From: Nannocystis bainbridge
GTDB lineage: Bacteria > Myxococcota_A > Polyangia > Nannocystales > Nannocystaceae
NCBI RefSeq assembly: GCF_028368995.1
Contig: NZ_JAQNDL010000003.1
Coordinates: 736,001-800,000 of the forward strand
DNA length: 64,000 bases
Reading direction: 5' to 3'
Shown here: in pieces, positions 52,126 to 62,900 of the stretch
Layout: every line of letters starts with the position of its first letter
Numbering within the stretch: position 1 is the stretch's first letter
The notes under the pieces: generated by a model
Databases searched by the model: none
What the model was told of the DNA's origin: nothing
What the model saw: only the letters and a program-made list of their open reading frames with translations
Translations under genes and position numbers: made by a program

Positions 52126-53361
52126 CTACCGATCGGACAGCGTGCCGAGAAAGGCGACGATGTCGCGCTCCTCTGCGGTCGTGAGCCCGAGGTTGCCGAC
52201 CTTGGCGGTCTCGAGATTGTCCGCCACTTCAGGTGCCGGCCAGCACGTGCGCTTCTCCCCTGGATCCCCCGGCGCGCACGTCGGGAGGACGGCGCGCGTG
52301 TTGTAGAAATGGACCATCTCCTCGAGGCTCTTGAAATAGCCGTTGTGCCCGTAGGCCTTGACGAACGACCCGTAGGGCCGCTTGTCGACGTTGCGCAGGG
52401 TCGGGACCTTGTGTTTGCCGTTGTTCTCGGCCGCCAAGCTGGCGTATTCGGGCCGCGTGGCGAGGAAGCTGCCGAGCCCGAGATCGACGAACGCCGCGCC
52501 GAGCGGGTTGACGGCGGGCGGCTGGGTGTAGAACGGATTCTCCGGGTTCTTCGGCGCCCCGAGGTTCGCGTACGTGAAGTCGGTGAACAGCGGCGGCACA
52601 TTGCCGTCGCTCACGATCGCGTGGCAGGTGTCGCAGCCGGCCTTGCCGCGAAACAGGGCGAGGCCGCGGAGCTCCTGGTCGTCGAGCGCTGCCTCGCCTG
52701 CGAGGTACGCGTCGAACCGCGAGCTGAAGGCGCTCATCTCCCGCGATGCTTCGTAGCGCTCGATCGACCGCGCGATGGCGGCGAACGCCGCGTCGACGTC
52801 GTCGCAGATGCCCTGGCCCCAGACCTGGCGCAGCAGCAGCGAATAGCCCGAGTGCGGGCTGCATACTCGCTTCACCACCGCGGCCGCGTCCGGCAGGGCT
52901 TGTTCGAGCGGGTTGAGGAACGGGCCTTGCGCTTGGTCGGCTGCCGGGTTGCCGAGCTTCTCGCCGGTGGCGCGACCGTCCCAGAAGGCACCGCCGACGA
53001 ACTCGCCGTTCTTCTTGTCGCGGTGAAGGATCGGACTGAACGACGCGTACGCGCTGCTCGGTGGTTTGCGGGCGCCGAAGCGACCGGCCACCGATCCCTC
53101 GTAGACGGCACCGTGCATGTCGATGGCCTCGATCGGCCCAGTCCAGCCCACTTCCAGGCCATGGCAGTCACTGCAGTCCTGATTGCCGCGGGCGGACAAC
53201 CTCTCGTCGAAGAAGAGCAACTTTCCCAGTTGCTCCTTGGCGCTGAGCCCGGCCCCGGGCGCGCCGCGTCCGGTTCTGGGCGGATCGGCGAAGACGACCG
53301 TGCTGGCGGCGACGACCAGCACGCCCAATGCGACCGTCCCGGTGAGAGTTAGGCTTCTCAT
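52126..53361 (-). CDS. Di-haem cytochrome c peroxidase/MauG family protein
   Basis: Signal peptide, LGKLLFFD, CSDCH, FWDGRA, QAQGPFLNPLE, CDTCH, KVPTLRNV, HNGYF. Confidence 0.92.
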   Translation of the reverse strand: MRSLTLTGTVALGVLVVAASTVVFADPPRTGRGAPGAGLSAKEQLGKLLFFDERLSARGNQDCSDCHGLEVGWTGPIEAIDMHGAVYEGSVAGRFGARKPPSSAYASFSPILHRDKKNGEFVGGAFWDGRATGEKLGNPAADQAQGPFLNPLEQALPDAAAVVKRVCSPHSGYSLLLRQVWGQGICDDVDAAFAAIARSIERYEASREMSAFSSRFDAYLAGEAALDDQELRGLALFRGKAGCDTCHAIVSDGNVPPLFTDFTYANLGAPKNPENPFYTQPPAVNPLGAAFVDLGLGSFLATRPEYASLAAENNGKHKVPTLRNVDKRPYGSFVKAYGHNGYFKSLEEMVHFYNTRAVLPTCAPGDPGEKRTCWPAPEVADNLETAKVGNLGLTTAEERDIVAFLGTLSDR

Positions 53362-53626
53362 TCGAACATCCTTCGACGCCCACCGAGCGCACGGGGGTGC
53401 GACAGCTACCGGATGGGCTGCGTCCTCTCCGGGGTACCGCCCGGGCCCCGCATGTCAATCGAGGGACGTGCGAACGACGGGCGCCAGTGCGATGGGACAG
53501 GTCCAGCCGCGGACCTGCTCGCCAGGTCGACCGCGGCGCGGAAGAACCGTGCGCGGGGTCCGCCGCCGCGCGCGGGTGGGTGGGCGACGGTCACTTCGTC
53601 GCGAGCGGGGTGCGGAGGCGATGCCC

Positions 53627-54073
53627 TCATGCCGACTTTCGGGGGGCGCCGTCCTCGTGACGACCCTCGCGCTCGAGCCACGGATAGATGTTGGTATTCT
53701 CGACCTCGGCGTGCCTGCGCATGAGCTCCACGAGAAGCTCGATCGCGGGTGCACGGATCTCGTGCAGTTGGATCTGCAGCCCCAGACTCTCGAGCGCCTG
53801 GAGGATCTCGGCGTGTTGCGCCGAGAGCGTATCGACCATCTCACGACATTCGGGGCCCCGGCGGGCGAACTCTGGGAACACCTGCTCCTGCTCGAATCGA
53901 AAGTGGTTCTCGATGTCGCGGATGAACCCGGTCCACACGGCGTCGACTTCGCCCCAGGCCCCTGCATTGGCGAAGTTGCACAGGTCGTCGAACTCCTGAT
54001 CGAAGGCGACGTGGTCGTCATGAAGGCGGCGGGCGACGCCGGCCATGTCTCGAGAATTCGTCTTTTTCCGCAT
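53627..54073 (-). CDS. Hemerythrin/HHE domain protein
   Basis: LHDDH...HFRFEQEQVF...QHAEI...HAEVENTNIYP. Confidence 0.85.
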   Translation of the reverse strand: MRKKTNSRDMAGVARRLHDDHVAFDQEFDDLCNFANAGAWGEVDAVWTGFIRDIENHFRFEQEQVFPEFARRGPECREMVDTLSAQHAEILQALESLGLQIQLHEIRAPAIELLVELMRRHAEVENTNIYPWLEREGRHEDGAPRKSA

Positions 54074-54249
54074 CCCGAGAGCTTCCCCCCCCGCGCCCCG
54101 GCGGCCAGCGAGAGTATTGCGCCCAGCCCGGGGACCGGGAATGGGCAGGCCCAGGCCGGACGACGACCGGGCCCATGCATCCATAGCGCCCGATGGCGCG
54201 TCTGGCGCCAGGAGTCGCGCGCGCCGCGAGGGCGGCTCGAATTGATGTG

Positions 54250-54464
54250 TCGCCCTGGGCGACGCGCACGAGGGCGTGCAACACCTTGAGCCTGAAATCC
54301 ACTTCCTCCTCGCCAGAGCTCTCCACGTCACAAAGGGCGACCGCACCCGCGTGCTCTCCGAGGCGCGCAGGGCCGCCGATGGCTTCGGCGCGGCCAGCGA
54401 GGGCAAGGCGAAGGAACTCGCAGAGGTCGAGGCGTTCCTGGCGAAGCACAAAGATGCCCGGTGA
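54250..54464 (+). pseudogene. C-terminal remnant of a TPR/kinase-type gene
   Basis: ALGDAHEGVQHLE/PEIHFLLARALHVTKGDRTRVLSEARRAADGF...AEVEAFLAKH; resembles the end of the kinase at 60000-63002 (RLNLARAL..GDLERAR..AELAAW). Confidence 0.6.
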
Positions 54465-54897
54465 CCAGGAGGCCGCGTCCCGAACGTCACGAGGCTCGGG
54501 GCCGCTGGGCGCGCGCCGTCTGGGGTATGCACCGGGAGGTGTGCCCAGCGACGCCACAGAGTTGGCACGCCAGAGGGCAAGGGGCGGCAGCGGACGCAGG
54601 CGTGCGAGCTCGCGCTGCGCTGGCTGCAGCACCATGGCCAGCTCGAGTCCGCCCAATATGTGCTGCGCGGGCTCTTGTATGCAGCCCCCCCGCCTGCCGT
54701 CCTCGACTACGCGCTGGTGTGGGTCACGCTGCACCGCGGGGACGAGCTGCGGTTCGTGGCCCTCCCGCTGCTGCGCCGCCCGGAACTCGACGACACCCGC
54801 TGGTGCGTGTGCGCCGACCTCGTGTGTCAGCGGGTGAACGAGGATCCCCGGTGGCGCTCCGACAAGGAGGAACATCTCTCCCGCGCTCCCGCATTTG

Positions 54898-56010
54898 TCA
54901 CACTCCGTCGCCCATCAGCGTGCGGCTCTCGGGTTTGCCGCCGTTCCAGTGGATCATCTGGAGGTACCAGCCCTCGTGGTATTGGTCCTCGTAGAGCACC
55001 TCGTCGAGGCCGTCGCCGTCGATGTCGACGAGGGCGAAGAAGGTGGCGGCGCCGAGGACGTCGGCGACGGCGAAGAACTCGACGGCGCCGTCGGTTCTGG
55101 TGAAGAGCACGCCCGAGACTTCGAAGTCATCCTCGCCGCTCTTCGCCATCGCGTGGACGAACGCGACGTGCGAGCGTCCGCCCGGGAAGCGGCCGGGGAA
55201 CAGCTTGACGTGCTTCTCGGCGATCATCGTCTTGCGCACGTGCGGGCGCAGGTCCTCGTCGAGCTTGGGCAAGAGCGCCTCCACGATGCGACCGAGGGCG
55301 CCGGGCGCGAGCGCGGCCGGGGCGAGCGGCTTGGGCGCGACCAGCTTCGCGGTCGTGGCCGCGTGGCCGCGGAGGGCGATCGCCCAGCCCTTCGCGCGCG
55401 GCTGCGCCGGCCCGAGATCGACCTTGAAGTGCAGTGAGGCCGAGCCGCCCGGGACGCTGGCGCCGAAGCCCGCGGCGCTCCGCTGCTCGGCGCCCGCGAG
55501 GGTCACCAGCGTCCAGGGCTCGCCGTGCGCGAAGCCGACGGGCAGGCCGGCGTCGCCGGGCGCGAAGGGCTCGATGAAGGGCGAGTCCTCCCTGTCGCCC
55601 AGCGCCGCCAGTCGCCGGTCGAGCGGGCCGGTGTCGATCCCCTCGAAGTTGATGATGTCGACCGCCCAGGTGCGAGTCTCGGGGTCGAGCGCAGCGGCGT
55701 ACACCCCGAGCGGCACGAGCGGGGTCGCGGGCAGCGGGTCCGGGGTGGCGACGTTCGCCGGCGGAGCGAGCGGGTCCGGGGTCGCGGGGGCCGTCGTCGC
55801 GGGCGCCGTGAGGTTCGCGGGCGGGTCCGGGGTCACAGGGGCGGCCGGCGCATTCGCAGCGGCGACGGCCGCAGGCGAGCTTTCGACCGGCGCGGCGGCG
55901 GGGTGCGGGGCCCCGGATGGGTCCGAGGAGGCGGTGCAGGCGGCCCCGATCAGCGCGGCGGTCAGGGGTAAAGTTGTCCACCGACGCATGACATCCCGCG
56001 GGGCGCTCAT
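54898..56010 (-). CDS. Hypothetical lipoprotein with Pro/Ala linker
   Basis: ALIGAAC lipobox; C-terminal VDIDGDGLDEV (DxDGDG); start 56010 or 55989. Confidence 0.8.
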   Translation of the reverse strand: MSAPRDVMRRWTTLPLTAALIGAACTASSDPSGAPHPAAAPVESSPAAVAAANAPAAPVTPDPPANLTAPATTAPATPDPLAPPANVATPDPLPATPLVPLGVYAAALDPETRTWAVDIINFEGIDTGPLDRRLAALGDREDSPFIEPFAPGDAGLPVGFAHGEPWTLVTLAGAEQRSAAGFGASVPGGSASLHFKVDLGPAQPRAKGWAIALRGHAATTAKLVAPKPLAPAALAPGALGRIVEALLPKLDEDLRPHVRKTMIAEKHVKLFPGRFPGGRSHVAFVHAMAKSGEDDFEVSGVLFTRTDGAVEFFAVADVLGAATFFALVDIDGDGLDEVLYEDQYHEGWYLQMIHWNGGKPESRTLMGDGV

Positions 56011-56503
56011 GGACGTATCATCCGCCCGAAGCGCGAGCGGCGTCCACTGCCGGGTACGAGCGCAGGGGGCGAGGGCGCGCGAGGGCTGAACGTGATGACC
56101 CGGGCCCAGGCGTGTGCCGTGGGCGTTGGCGCGCTACCGCCGCTCCAGGCGCGCCCCCTCACCGACGATAGACGCGCCGTGAGGTCGAGCCGCCCGGCCC
56201 CACGCGAGAGCGCCGGGCGCTAGCGCGGCGACCTCGAACATCACCGGCGGCCACCCGTGCGAGAGCGGCCCGAGGGGGGCGATCACTTCGAGCACGTGCA
56301 CAGGTGCTTCATCCCGAGTTTCGTCGTCCCGTCGAACCGTCCGAGGCTCTCGTCGAGGTCGAACCCATGAGTCTTATGGCGAGCGGAGAACAAGCGGGCG
56401 ACCTGCCGGAGGCGCCCGAACAAGTCGGCAGCGGGCTCGCGGATGGACTCTCCCCGCTGGTGATGCGTGCCCGGGCGCTTGTATTCTTGTTGCCGCAGGC
56501 CCG

Positions 56504-56745
56504 GTCGGCAGCGACGAGGGCGCGCGCGTCAACACCATCTTCGTCTCGCTCCTGGCCATCTGCCAGCTCCAAGGCATCGAGCCCTGGGACTATCTGCGCG
56601 ACCTCTTCTGCCTGCTCCCCTCCTGGCCGATGAGCCGCGTCCTCGAGCTCGCCCCGGCGTTCTGGAAGCAGACTCTCCAGCAAGAGGACACTCAGCAGCG
56701 CCTCGCCGCCAACGTCTTCCGGGCGGTCGCGCTCGCCGAGCATGC
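56504..56745 (+). mobile_element. IS66-family transposase C-terminal remnant
   Basis: VGSDEGARVNTIFVSLLAICQLQGIEPWDYLRDLFCLLPSWPMSRVLELAPAFW matches the GSDxGA...SLxxxCxLxGxxPxxYL...ELxP tail of IS66 TnpC. Confidence 0.85.
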
Positions 56746-56799
56746 ACTGTGCTGTATCGCCCGTGGCCTTTCGGGCCAGGGGATTCTGGGCCGACAGGG

Positions 56800-56902
56800 C
56801 CGGCTGGCTGAAAGTGCAGGCGCCGGGCCGCCCGCGTCACGTTGCGCTCGGCGAGCAGGGAGTCGAGCGCGACGAGCAAATTGAGGTCGAGGCCGAGGTC
56901 GC
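56800..56902 (-). pseudogene. LysR HTH fragment
   Basis: LDLNLLVALDSLLAERNVTRAARRLHFQPA with no start codon or C-terminal domain. Confidence 0.8.
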
Positions 56903-57068
56903 CGGGCTGGTGCGGAGGCTGTCGTGGTCGGCGCGCAGGGTCGCGGACCTGCTGCGCAAGCACGCGCAGGCGCTCAAACCCCGCATCGAACACCTAGCGA
57001 TATCCTCGGTGATCGCATCATCCTGGAATGCGAACACAGCGTTGAACCTGCTTACAACTGTCACAGGT

Positions 57069-57440
57069 TTAAGCCCCGGACAATTCGGGACCCGATGCAG
57101 GCCTTGCGCATCGTTGAAGCGCCATTGGAGGCGCTATCTCTGCCACAAAGTCCGCATCCGTGTCCACCGAGCCCGACATGATGATCACAGGGTTCGGAGC
57201 CAGTGCCGGATCCAACAGTTGCGCAGCCCGAAATTCCCATCCGCTCATTATCGGCATCCTGAGTTCCAGGAGAATGACAGACGGTGCTCCAGACCCCCCT
57301 GGCGCAAGATCGGCGCGAAGTTGCGCGAGGGCGTCGACACCGTTCGACGCCGTGACGACCTTGAACCCTTGGACTTGCAAAAGTAGTGCAAGCATCTCGC
57401 GTGCGTCGGGATCGTCCTCGACGACCAGAATCCGCTGCAT
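57069..57440 (-). pseudogene. Diverged second copy of the 38476-38853 receiver gene (Asp to Glu at phospho-site, altered C-terminus)
   Basis: MQRILVVEDDPDARE...ILLELRMPIMSGWEF...PVIIMSGSVD; in-frame LRKP lost after an indel near 57120-57140. Confidence 0.75.
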
Positions 57441-58307
57441 TGACTGAGCATCGCAGGGCGCGACTCCTCACGCAACAGGCCGACACAACGCTTGGACATG
57501 CGGCCTCAGCAGCGCTTGCCATCTATACAGCCACCGCGGCAACGACGAGGCGGAGAACGGGTCAGCGCGCAGTTCAGGCCGACGAGAGGACCACGACAGC
57601 GACGGCGGCGCGGCTCAGCTTCTGCCGCATCTCGCGGCAAGGGCCGAGGCGCCGGGCGCCGGCCGGCGAGAGATGAATCCGCATGCCGGCGCGCGTCTCC
57701 CGGCATGGGAGGCGCAAGCCGCGCTCTGTGTTTTTGTGCCATCAACCGCTTGCATGCTGAGGTGTGGCACGGTATTTATAGGGCACGCGGGTGCGTGCCT
57801 GCGTAGGGTGTGACGGGAGGGCCGTCACAGGTTCTGGAGTGGTCGGGCCGCCATTCCGCAGATCGCAGGAGCGATCGCGGAAGACAACCCGATGCCACCG
57901 AACCTGCTGGACTTTGTGTCCGCACCGACCCTCATCAACACTGTCGTGGCTGGAGACGCGCTCTGCCCTCTCGTGAGACGGGCTCTTCGTGTTCGTCGTC
58001 GTCCGCCGTCGCGGGACCGACACGCCGTCGATGGTGACGTTGCACCTGTCGGCCGTGCTTGCGCGGGCAAAGCGGGCGCAGCCGCCGCTCCGCGGGCACT
58101 GCCTTTCCGTCGCGGGACCGCCGGTAACGTGCCCCTCGCCGCCGGTGTCTTCTTGTTTCACCTCGGACGAAGTCCTCCACGGTGAATGCGGTCGATCGGC
58201 TGACCATACGGACTCCGACGAGGAGACGCAGGCTTCCATAAGCGTCTCCGCGTGCCGGGATCCTGTCATTTACGTTTGTTCGCGGTTCGAACCCGGGAGC
58301 GCTCGCT

Positions 58308-58550
58308 ATGTCCATCTCCGAAATCGCCGACAACAAGTGGGAACTCGAAGCATCCAAGGCACCGATCGCAACCCCCGGCGGGGTGCTGCAGATCCTCGTC
58401 ATCACCTTCTTCGCGGGCTTGTTCGCGTGGATGGTGGTGTTCGCCTTCCAGGGCATCTTTGGCGCCAGGCGTGACAGCCTCGCAGATCAATACGGAAGGC
58501 TCACCGTGGACGGCAAGCCAGCACCCGCCGCTGCGCCCGCCTCCCAGTGA
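58308..58550 (+). CDS. Small single-pass membrane protein
   Basis: 80 aa, hydrophobic VLQILVITFFAGLFAWMVVFAF, coding-like codon use, GGGAG upstream. Confidence 0.65.
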   Translation: MSISEIADNKWELEASKAPIATPGGVLQILVITFFAGLFAWMVVFAFQGIFGARRDSLADQYGRLTVDGKPAPAAAPASQ

Positions 58551-58803
58551 TCATGCGCGGCCCCGGCCTCGCGGAGGCAGGCTCGTGCGCGCCATGCGAC
58601 CCATCTCGCGCGAATCATCGCACGTGAAGCTCTTCGTCAGACCTGCTGCCAGCGCGAGATAGACTCACACACAATCCAAGGGTGCGCCGGCGTTCGGTTC
58701 GCTGGTGCAGGTTTTAGCTCACCCCGTCCACAGACGGTTGTGAGCGCTGAAATGGTCGGGCCGCCATTTCGCATGCCGCGCTCTGCGGCTGTGGAGGCGA
58801 ACC

Positions 58804-59130
58804 GTGCAACAAACAAATATCATCGAGGACGCGCCGGCTCCGGCTGGATGCGCGCTGCGACTGTTCTGGATGCTCATCGGCAACGCGATCGTGTACGCGT
58901 CGCTGGCCGTGATCGCAATGGAAGGGGCTGCTTTCCCCTCCCCACTCGACGGCGTCGTCTGGGTCACCGTCGTTCTCAGCATCATCGCGCGAAGGGTCGA
59001 CATCACACGATGGAGCGGCAAGACGGCCAGCGGCGAACCGGCCTCGCTGGTCCACTGGCGCCGCTTCTCGGCGACCCTGCTCGTCATGACCGCGGTGGCA
59101 TCGGCTCTCGCCCATTGGATCGGTAAGTGA
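58804..59130 (+). CDS. Small membrane protein (about three hydrophobic segments)
   Basis: GGAGG RBS before GTG; LRLFWMLIGN...VWVTVVLSII..RRVDI...GEPASLVHWRRF. Confidence 0.7.
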   Translation: MQQTNIIEDAPAPAGCALRLFWMLIGNAIVYASLAVIAMEGAAFPSPLDGVVWVTVVLSIIARRVDITRWSGKTASGEPASLVHWRRFSATLLVMTAVASALAHWIGK

Positions 59131-59252
59131 GGCTGTCCGCAGCCGGCCTCGCGCCCGCCTGTAAACAGCGGTAACAGCGCCAACTCCCCGCGGAGTCTTG
59201 CGCTTCGGCGACGCGCGGGTGCTGGGCGACACGGAGGTGGCAGCCGCACGGC

Positions 59253-59951
59253 TCACTCGCCGCTGGCGTCCGCCTCCGGAGGCCTGCCGCCCTCGTCATC
59301 GACGAGATCCTCGAGATCGTCGGCCGATCGCCCCTGGATCGACGCCAACCACTGGTCGAAATCGCCGAGAGTCGACGCCCTCAGCTCCGGTCTGGCCGCA
59401 AGCTCGGTGATGATCCCGCGCAGCATCTCGCGTCCGCGGCGGAGGCGGCTGCGGACGGTGCCCTCAGGGATCTCGAGCACCTGGGCGATCTCTCGGCTGA
59501 GCAGCCCCTCCCAATAGAAGAGCTCAAGCGCGGTCTGGAGGTCGAGCGGGAGCCGCCGGAGCGCGCGCAGGAGAAGCGCCTGCTCCTCGCTCTCGACGAC
59601 GATCTGGGTGACCGAGAGGTCGAGGTCGGCGACCCGCGAGGCGTGGAGCTCTTCGCCCTCGTCCTTCGGCGCCCAGCGCTCGCGGTACTTGAGCAGGACC
59701 TTCCTGGCGATCGCGAAGAGGAACGTGCGGAAGGAGGCGTCCTGGCGGAAGCGCTCCTTGGCGCTGACGCAACCGAGGAAGGTCTCCTGCACGAGATCGT
59801 CGGCGTCGCGCGGGACCTTGTTGCAGAAGAAGCGGTAGACCGACTCGAAGTGGCGCTCGAAGAGCACCTCGCCGGCGAGCGCGTCGCCTCCTCGCCAGGC
59901 GTCGAGGAGCTCGAGATCCGAGCGCGTCGTCGTCTTGGAAGTGTGAGACAA
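59253..59951 (-). CDS. ECF RNA polymerase sigma factor
   Basis: SDLELLDAWRGGD, LFERHF, DDLVQETF, FRTFLFAIAR, LRRLPLDLQTALELFYWEGL, EIAQVLEIPEGTVRSRLRRGR; start TTG 59951 or ATG 60041. Confidence 0.92.
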   Translation of the reverse strand: MSHTSKTTTRSDLELLDAWRGGDALAGEVLFERHFESVYRFFCNKVPRDADDLVQETFLGCVSAKERFRQDASFRTFLFAIARKVLLKYRERWAPKDEGEELHASRVADLDLSVTQIVVESEEQALLLRALRRLPLDLQTALELFYWEGLLSREIAQVLEIPEGTVRSRLRRGREMLRGIITELAARPELRASTLGDFDQWLASIQGRSADDLEDLVDDEGGRPPEADASGE

Positions 59952-59999
59952 GGCGCGGATAATCGACGCCAGGCGGGGGAAACGCAACCGGAGCGGTCG

Positions 60000-62900
60000 A
60001 TGGAAGAGAGTCTGCGTTTGCGAGGAATCCGCCTCGACCACGGCGCGATCGAGATCCAGATGGCCCGGAGCCAGGCCCGCGCCCGCCTCTTCGGTCGCCC
60101 GGCCGAGCCGATTCGCCTCGGCCGCTTCGTCGTGCTCCGCCGCGTCGGCAGCGGCGGTATGGGCGTGGTCTACGAGGCGTACGACCCGCAGCTCGATCGC
60201 AAGGTCGCGCTCAAGCTCCTGCGCTCCGACGTCGGGGGGAGCGCCGTGCTCACGTCCCAGTTACGTCTCGACGAGCTCAGCGCCGAGGCCCGGGCGATGG
60301 CCCGCCTGTCCCATCCCAACGTCGTGACCGTCTTCGATGTCGGCGAGGTCGACGGTCGGGTCTACATCGCGATGGAGTACGTCGCGCCACCGACGCTGCG
60401 TGGCTGGCTCGAGGCGGAGCCACGGAGCGTCGCGGCGATCGTCGCGGTGATGCTCGAGGCGGGCGCCGGCCTCGCGGCGGCTCACCGCGCCGGGCTGGTC
60501 CACCGCGACTTCAAGCCGGAGAACGTAGTCGTCCCCAGCGGTGAGCCTGTGCGGGTGATGGATTTCGGCCTCGCCCGCCGCCTCGAGCCGCTGTTCGAAC
60601 GACTCGAGCGCTCCGGCATGAGCGCCCTGGCGACCCGCGAGGGGGTGCTGACGACCCAGCTCGCCGGCACCCCGCTCTACATGGCCCCCGAGCAGTTCCA
60701 TCCCGGGGCGATCGACGTCCGCGCCGATCAGTGGGCGTTCTGCGCGACGCTCTTCGAGGCGCTCCACGGGCGCCCGCCCTTCAGCCTCGGCGAGCGGCTG
60801 CTCGGCTCGGCTCGGCTCCGCCTGCCGACCGAGGCGCGCAGTGGGCCGATCCCCCCGCCGCTCAACGCAGTCCTGCGGCGCGGCCTCAGCTTCGATCCGG
60901 CGCAGCGCTTCGAGTCGATGGACGCGCTCCTCGAGTGCCTGCGACCATCGCGTCGACGGAGCCGCGCGCCGCTCTTGGGGCTCGCCGCGGCCGCGGTCAT
61001 CGCTGCGGTCACGGCCGGGCTCCTCGGCGCCCGGCCGCCCGTCGCCGACCCATGCCCTGCCCGTGAGGACAGGCTCCGCGCGGCCTGGAGCGAGGCCGAC
61101 GCCGCCCAGCTCCACGCCCGCTTCGCCGAGTCCGGCCTCGCCTACGCCGCGACGAGCGCGGAGCGGACCGCGGCCCTCTTCGACCGTTACGGCGAGGAGT
61201 GGATCGCCGCCGAACGTTTGGTCTGCCTCCTCGGCCGCAGCGGCGCCGAAGCGCGGGTGAGCGAGCGCGGCGCCTGCCTCGACGAGCGCCTCGAGGCCCT
61301 GGCGGTCACTCGCGACGAGCTCCTCGAGGGCGCAGCGGGGGATCTGCCGCTGACGGTCGAGCGGTCGGTGTCGCTGGCTACCCGACTGCCCCCGATCCGC
61401 GGCTGCGAGCAGGCGCAGCTCGTCCCGACCACCGATCCCCTCGACCGCCAGGCGCGGCGGCGGCTGTCTCGTCACGCGAGTCGAGCGCGCGCGCGCGTCC
61501 AGGCCCGCCGCCTCGACGCCGCCGAGGCGGCGCTCGTCGAGGCACGAGCCGACGGCGGCAGCGACCACCCCGAGAGCGAGGCCGTCCTCGCGCTGCTCGA
61601 GGCTGAGCTCGCGCTCCTGCGAGCGCAGCCCGAGCGGGCGCACGAGCGCCTCGATCGAGTGATCGAGGTCGCGGGTCGGGAACGCCTGGTCGACCTCGTC
61701 GCCGAGGCGGCCGTGATGCAGGCCGAGGTCGAGGCCGGCCTGCGGGTGAACGCCAGCGTCGCTCGCGACATCCTCCGCGTCGCCCGCGTGGCCCTGGCCG
61801 TCTCCGATCCCGGGCCTCAAGCGCGGGGCCGTCTCGAGCTGGTCCAGGCCCGCGTGGAGTACGACAGCAGCCACTTCGAGGCGGGGCGGCGGGCGACCGA
61901 GGCGGCGATCGAGGCGTTCACCGAGGCCGGCGCTCGCGGCCGTCTCAAGCTCAGCGAGGGACTGCAGATGCTGGCGATCCAGACCTTCGGCGCCGGCGAG
62001 TACGAGCAGGCCCGCGCCTTCGCAGAGCAGTCCGAGGGCTTGCAGCTCGAGCTCCTCGGCGCGTCCCACCCCGACCTCGCCAAGACGGCCCTGGTCCTCG
62101 GCGCCGTCGATCTCGTCGACGGCCGCGGCGAGCGGGCCGTCGCCCAATTCCGCCGCGCCGCCGCTCTCCAGGCCGAGAGCCTGGGTAGCGAACACCCGCA
62201 CGTCGCGCAGACCTTGATCAACCTCGGCAACGCCTACCTCGAGCTCGGCGAGCACGCGGCCGCCCTCGCGGAGTACGAGCGCGCCCTTGCGATCTTGCAG
62301 CCGGTGCTCGGGCGCGACGATCCCAGAGTCCTCGCTTGCCTCGCCAATATCGGCGGTAGCCACCGCGGCCTCGGCGAGGCGTCCCGGGCCGAGGCGGTCT
62401 TCCGCGAGGTCATCGTTCGCAGCCGCGGCCTCGGAGAGCCGGGTGCCGCGACTCTCTCCCTGGCGCTCGGCAACCTCGCCCGCGCGCTCCATGATCAAGG
62501 CCGCTTCGCCGAGGCCGAGGACACCTACGAAGAGGCGCTGGTCCTCCGCCGCTCGGTCTTCGGCGACGAGCACCCGAAGACCGCCGCGCTCTACGACGAT
62601 CTCGGCCGGTTCTACATCGACACCGGCCGCTACCGGGACGCGACGCCGCTGATCGAGCGCGGCAAGGCGATCCGGTCCGCCAGCTTCGGCGCCCACCACG
62701 TCGAGTACGCACGCAGCGAGGTGAGCCTTGGCCTCCTCGACCTCGCCCGGGGCCGCAGCGACGAGGCGATCGATCGCATCGACCGCGCCCTCGATCGGCT
62801 CGAGCGCGACGGCCGGGCCGAAGCCCGGGGCGACGCCCGCTTGAACCTCGCACGCGCCCTCAGCCAGCGCGGCCACCCCGGGGACCTCGAGCGCGCCCGC

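Noticed and set aside
57500-58300. Several overlapping 60-175 aa ORFs
   Set aside because: No consistent codon bias or motifs; probably decayed or non-coding sequence.
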